From assembly GCA_963665665.1 (NCBI GenBank), contig OY762428.1, forward strand, positions 4,224,001 through 4,288,000: a stretch of DNA of 64,000 bases. The letters run 5' to 3'. The number at the start of each line of letters is the position of its first letter. Position 1 is the first letter of the stretch. This document shows, in pieces, positions 60,074-64,000 of this stretch. The stretch comes from Candidatus Kapaibacterium sp. (GTDB taxonomy: Bacteria; Bacteroidota; Ignavibacteria; Kapaibacteriales; UBA2268). Both the position numbers and the translations under genes were made by a program. The notes below the pieces were generated by a model. That model ran no database searches and had not been told where the DNA came from. It saw nothing but the letters and a program-made list of their open reading frames with translations.

Positions 60074-63000
60074 CTATTTCCTGTCATCAATCCTGCATAA
60101 TGACGAAAATTGGCAATATTTGCAGGTATTACTCTTTGCAGGTTTTGCAGGAAAAACTCCTGAATAAATATTCTGCAGATGTTCAAGCCCAAGCTGAACT
60201 GAATTATCAAGGATTTCATTAAGATGACTTCTGTTCTCGGGCATACCTCGTTTTGTTTTAATTACCCGGTGCAGGAAATTATTATAGAACGAACTGTCGA
60301 GAGGTGTCAGAACGTATTTTTCAGATTTAATGTTATCCTGATTTTCCTGGACAGGGTTCAAAGCAATATATACAGCTCCTACAGGCTCTGACTGTATTGA
60401 ATAATACTCTTTCAGGAAAGCAGATGCAGCAAGAATATAATATGGCATCTGGAACGACCTTCCTTCAAGAATATCTGTGTTGCTGGAAATAGTTTCAATA
60501 TTGGTTTTATAATCACAGACAAGAAATTCACTATTTTCTGAACCAAATGAAATATCCAGTCTGTCAATCTTTCCTCTGACTGAAAGCCCTTCAGTAATTT
60601 CAACGGCTTTTATTTGGCTTCCTGCCGCACCATAAGCCTGCTCGAACATAACGGGCAGGGGCCTGTCGGGTACAGAAAATGCCAGTATTTCGGCATCAAG
60701 CCATTTTTCCAATACTCCCTTATTCTTATCATCGCCAATAAAAGACTCAAGTTCGATTTGATTAATATTTTTATTAAGCGGAAATGCCTGATATTCCTTC
60801 AGCGTGATAGCCCTGAGCTTTCCAAGATATTCATCTTTCTTTTCACTTAATAACCTAACCGGTACAAGCGGGGGAAGAGTATCATCGTTTGGAATAATCA
60901 TCACATCTGAATAATCTTTATCAAGAATATCATTTCTGGCCGAAGTATAAAATTCATATACAACCTTATGCAATAATTGGCCTTTTTCCAAGGGTGTAAG
61001 CAAAGAATCCTCTTTTTCATCTTCGGGGATATTCAATATTCTTGAAGCAAAATATTTATACGGGCATGAGGCATATAACTCAAGCTCTGAAATAGAAACA
61101 GCTTTGCCTGATTTGTTTTCCGGGTTATTAGTAATTTCGTCAGGGAAAGAAGATTTATCTAATTTCACGAATTCAGGATTTTTACCATAGCAGCTGTCAA
61201 TTATATATTGTGTTCCCCTGGGATCTATCAGATAATCATCGTTGCTTAGTTCAATATTATTCTTTGCTTTGTGGCCTGCTAATTTATGAAAATCAGCTAA
61301 AGTAACAGTTATATCCTTCCAATCCGGATTAAAATCGATATCATCAATTTCGTTTACTTTTCCGTCTTCATCCAAAGAACTAATTTGCAGAATATTGTTC
61401 ACGAAAGGCGAAAGTAAAAGTTCCCTGTCAGATTCATCAAACTTTGAATAGAAGATATATACTAATTTTTCATTTTTTTTATAATACTCAGCACCGTTTG
61501 TAAGAAACTGATAAAAATCCATTCGTTCAGCACGAATGTGCCTTTCTTCGCTTTTTACAAGTTTTTTACCAAGAAAATTCTCAGGGCGGTAAACAGATGG
61601 AAATATTGAATCGTTTGCACCGCACAGAATAGATACTTTGTAAGGGATACCCCGGGTTTGCTCAATAGCTGTAACTGCCACGCCTCTGCCTGATTTTTCC
61701 TTAACCTGAAATTTTGCACCGGCAACAAGGGTTTCAAGCCGGCTCAGTAATTCATTCAAAGAGTATGTTTTGCCAGGAAAACGTTCATTCAAAACATCGG
61801 ACATTTCATCAATCAGCCTGAAAAATTCGTTCAGGGCGGCAGAATCTTTGTCCGGATAGAATTCCCTTCCTGAATCCCTGTTTAACTGTTCCAATGCCTT
61901 GTTCGTAAGATTATCGTAAACATTCAGGTTATCGACAATATCATTTTTAATAATATCAATAAATTGATTAACCGTAAGTTTTGCAGGCAAATCCGGTAAT
62001 GATTCATTAAGAATTTCAAGTGTGCTGACTGACTCTTTTAAATTTTGATAAAAGCGTTTCTTTGCATATTCTTCCTGACTATCTTCAAATTCTTCATTTT
62101 GAATATAAGAATCAAGTCTTTGTAAAGCGTTTCTCATAGACTTTATCAGTGATTTCAGGCTGCCGCTACTAAATGAATCGAGTCGCAGACGGCTTATCAT
62201 TCTGTTAACAAGGGATGGATTAGCAGGAAAACGGGTAAAATTTTCTGATAATGTGAAATATGAATTATTTAAAAGTTTATTCAAAACCGGTTTACTTATA
62301 TCCCTGTATATTTTAAAAATACTAATAATACTTACAATCAGGGGAGAGGCTGACAGGGCAAAGCGGTCGCTGATATTTACAGGTATGCCCGAGGACCGGA
62401 AAATTTCCCTGAACAGGCCTGTATAAATTTCAGGCGAGCTGGTATTGATACATATTTCAGATGGCTTTATGTTTTTAGCAGCTATCAGATATTTAACAAG
62501 CCTGGAAATATTCCGGACTTCTTCCACTCTGTTCGGAGCCGATATTATATTAATAAATCTGCTCAATTTTGGATAATTCAGATTTCTTTCTGTATTAAAA
62601 AGCCAGCGTCTGATAAAAGTTACGGGCGGAAGGCTGCTGAATTCAGATTTTTCAGGTATCTTCAGGCTGTCATGTTTGTCGAGTGTTTTTAAACTGAAAC
62701 CGGCTGCTTCAAGTTTTATCCACATATCTTCCAGATTTCCAAATAAAGGGCCGTTTATCTTTGAAAAATCAACATGAACAGAGAAAGGAAATATTGATGA
62801 TGAAAATTTTGAAATGAACTCAATTTCCGGCATTTTGAACTCATTGAAGCCATATAATATGATAACAGGTTTATTCGGGAAAATTTCATTCAGAATATTT
62901 TCATTTACATTGCCAGGAATATCAAAATCATCAAACAGCCTCAATTCATCTGATATTCTTTGGCCGGCATTATTATCATCAATAAAAATATTTAAATTAT

Positions 63001-63568
63001 TTAGCATGGCAGGAAAATCCAAAAGTCTGTCGCTCAGATACTCATTATAATTCAAATAGATATTATAAATATCAGTCATTTTTTCAATATCAAAATTATG
63101 GTCCGGGCTGTTTTCAGATTTCCTGATATCATCAAATATCTTTTCAGGGCTAATACCATCTTCCTTTAAGCCATAAATAATTTGAGAAAGCCGGCTTATC
63201 AACGACAATCCTGGCTTTTGCTTAGGAGCAAAATATCTCAGATCAGAATTCTCGATAGCTTCTTCGAACAAAGCAAGCCTGTATGAATCGGAAATAATTC
63301 GATATTTTTTTTCATTAAAGAAATTCTGATAACAATTAGCTATGAATTGCTCCAGGGTAAAGATATTTAATTTCGGGCAGGGACGCGAAGTTATTCTGAA
63401 GAAATCCCTTATCAGATCATTATTGATCTTTCTGACCATTTTCCCCGTGGGGACAATAATTACAAACTGGCCGGGATTATTCTGTTTAAAAAAATATTCC
63501 GCTAAACGGTATGGTTCAGCTGGATATTTGTTGAAATCAAACTGATTATTATGTAATATCTGAGCCAT
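60074..63568 (-). CDS. addB: AddB/RexB-like DNA repair subunit with PD-(D/E)XK nuclease and Fe-S staple
   Basis: IIVPT, SISELELYASCPYKYF, RGKIDRLD...DYKT, Q...Y and C-terminal CKYCQFSSLC. Confidence 0.75.
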   Translation of the reverse strand: MAQILHNNQFDFNKYPAEPYRLAEYFFKQNNPGQFVIIVPTGKMVRKINNDLIRDFFRITSRPCPKLNIFTLEQFIANCYQNFFNEKKYRIISDSYRLALFEEAIENSDLRYFAPKQKPGLSLISRLSQIIYGLKEDGISPEKIFDDIRKSENSPDHNFDIEKMTDIYNIYLNYNEYLSDRLLDFPAMLNNLNIFIDDNNAGQRISDELRLFDDFDIPGNVNENILNEIFPNKPVIILYGFNEFKMPEIEFISKFSSSIFPFSVHVDFSKINGPLFGNLEDMWIKLEAAGFSLKTLDKHDSLKIPEKSEFSSLPPVTFIRRWLFNTERNLNYPKLSRFINIISAPNRVEEVRNISRLVKYLIAAKNIKPSEICINTSSPEIYTGLFREIFRSSGIPVNISDRFALSASPLIVSIISIFKIYRDISKPVLNKLLNNSYFTLSENFTRFPANPSLVNRMISRLRLDSFSSGSLKSLIKSMRNALQRLDSYIQNEEFEDSQEEYAKKRFYQNLKESVSTLEILNESLPDLPAKLTVNQFIDIIKNDIVDNLNVYDNLTNKALEQLNRDSGREFYPDKDSAALNEFFRLIDEMSDVLNERFPGKTYSLNELLSRLETLVAGAKFQVKEKSGRGVAVTAIEQTRGIPYKVSILCGANDSIFPSVYRPENFLGKKLVKSEERHIRAERMDFYQFLTNGAEYYKKNEKLVYIFYSKFDESDRELLLSPFVNNILQISSLDEDGKVNEIDDIDFNPDWKDITVTLADFHKLAGHKAKNNIELSNDDYLIDPRGTQYIIDSCYGKNPEFVKLDKSSFPDEITNNPENKSGKAVSISELELYASCPYKYFASRILNIPEDEKEDSLLTPLEKGQLLHKVVYEFYTSARNDILDKDYSDVMIIPNDDTLPPLVPVRLLSEKKDEYLGKLRAITLKEYQAFPLNKNINQIELESFIGDDKNKGVLEKWLDAEILAFSVPDRPLPVMFEQAYGAAGSQIKAVEITEGLSVRGKIDRLDISFGSENSEFLVCDYKTNIETISSNTDILEGRSFQMPYYILAASAFLKEYYSIQSEPVGAVYIALNPVQENQDNIKSEKYVLTPLDSSFYNNFLHRVIKTKRGMPENRSHLNEILDNSVQLGLEHLQNIYSGVFPAKPAKSNTCKYCQFSSLCRIDDRK

Positions 63569-63587
63569 TATTTTATATCTTAAAAAT

Positions 63588-64000
63588 TTACTTGTTCAGA
63601 ATAAGAAATTCCACTCTGCGGTTAAGGCTTCTGTTTTCGTCATTTGAATTAGGAACAATCGGCCTGGACTGCCCCAAACCTTTGGTCTTTATCCTGGATT
63701 TTCCGATTCCTCCTTTTACAAGATAATCTTTTACCGCAGCTGCACGCTTTTGGGATAAGTTCAGGTTAAATCCTTTTGATCCGACATCATCGGTATGGCC
63801 CTGAATTTCAATTTTTATATCATTATTTGATTTCATGAACACAATAACTCTGTTCAGCTCGGCAAAAGAATCCTCAAGCAAATCGTATTTACCAAAATCA
63901 AAAAATATATTATTCAGCCTTATCTTCTGCCCAACCTTAACGGGAACCATCATCAGGTCACGATTTATTTCGGAATACTCGTCAATTTTAGTCAGGTCAA
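63588..64000 (-). CDS. OmpA family protein (C-terminal part; 5' end outside window)
   Basis: LNNIFFDFGK, IEIQGHTDDVG, NLSQKRA and NRRVEF; frame open to the window edge. Confidence 0.9.
   Translation of the reverse strand, partial: DLTKIDEYSEINRDLMMVPVKVGQKIRLNNIFFDFGKYDLLEDSFAELNRVIVFMKSNNDIKIEIQGHTDDVGSKGFNLNLSQKRAAAVKDYLVKGGIGKSRIKTKGLGQSRPIVPNSNDENRSLNRRVEFLILNK

Noticed and set aside
1-64000. tRNA, rRNA, prophage, integrase, reverse transcriptase or DGR
   Set aside because: No cloverleaf, rRNA-like segment or corresponding protein motifs were seen in any ORF or gap.

Overview
AT-rich chromosomal window from an FCB-group bacterium, most likely Candidatus Kapabacteria or Ignavibacteria. 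This is inferred from several type IX secretion (T9SS) type-A C-terminal domains, Ig-like ASH/choice-of-anchor D repeats and many outer-membrane beta-barrels. About 50 CDS are present: housekeeping genes (rsmA, hpf, phoH, cdaA, dacB, htpG, rlmL-like, lplA, addB-like), large secreted T9SS proteins, a redox cluster (octaheme tetrathionate-reductase-family cytochrome, cytochrome b, flavin reductase-rubredoxin, rubrerythrin, radical SAM/SPASM) and a HEPN-MNT pair. I found no rRNA, tRNA, CRISPR array or intact transposase. Best candidates for undescribed biology: (1) an ECF sigma factor followed by a membrane-anchored, anti-sigma-like protein ending in a T9SS export signal; (2) an orphan CheB-type receiver fused to a CheD deamidase; (3) an 11 x 21-bp tandem array open in several reading frames; (4) a coiled-coil lipoprotein/LysM pair sharing a K-x-C-Q-E motif; (5) several apparently catalytically dead proteins (His-to-Asn kinase, HD-less HD-GYP, degenerate GIY-YIG-like). 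Two single-base frameshifts may be assembly errors. All family calls come from recognising motifs by eye; no database searches were run.
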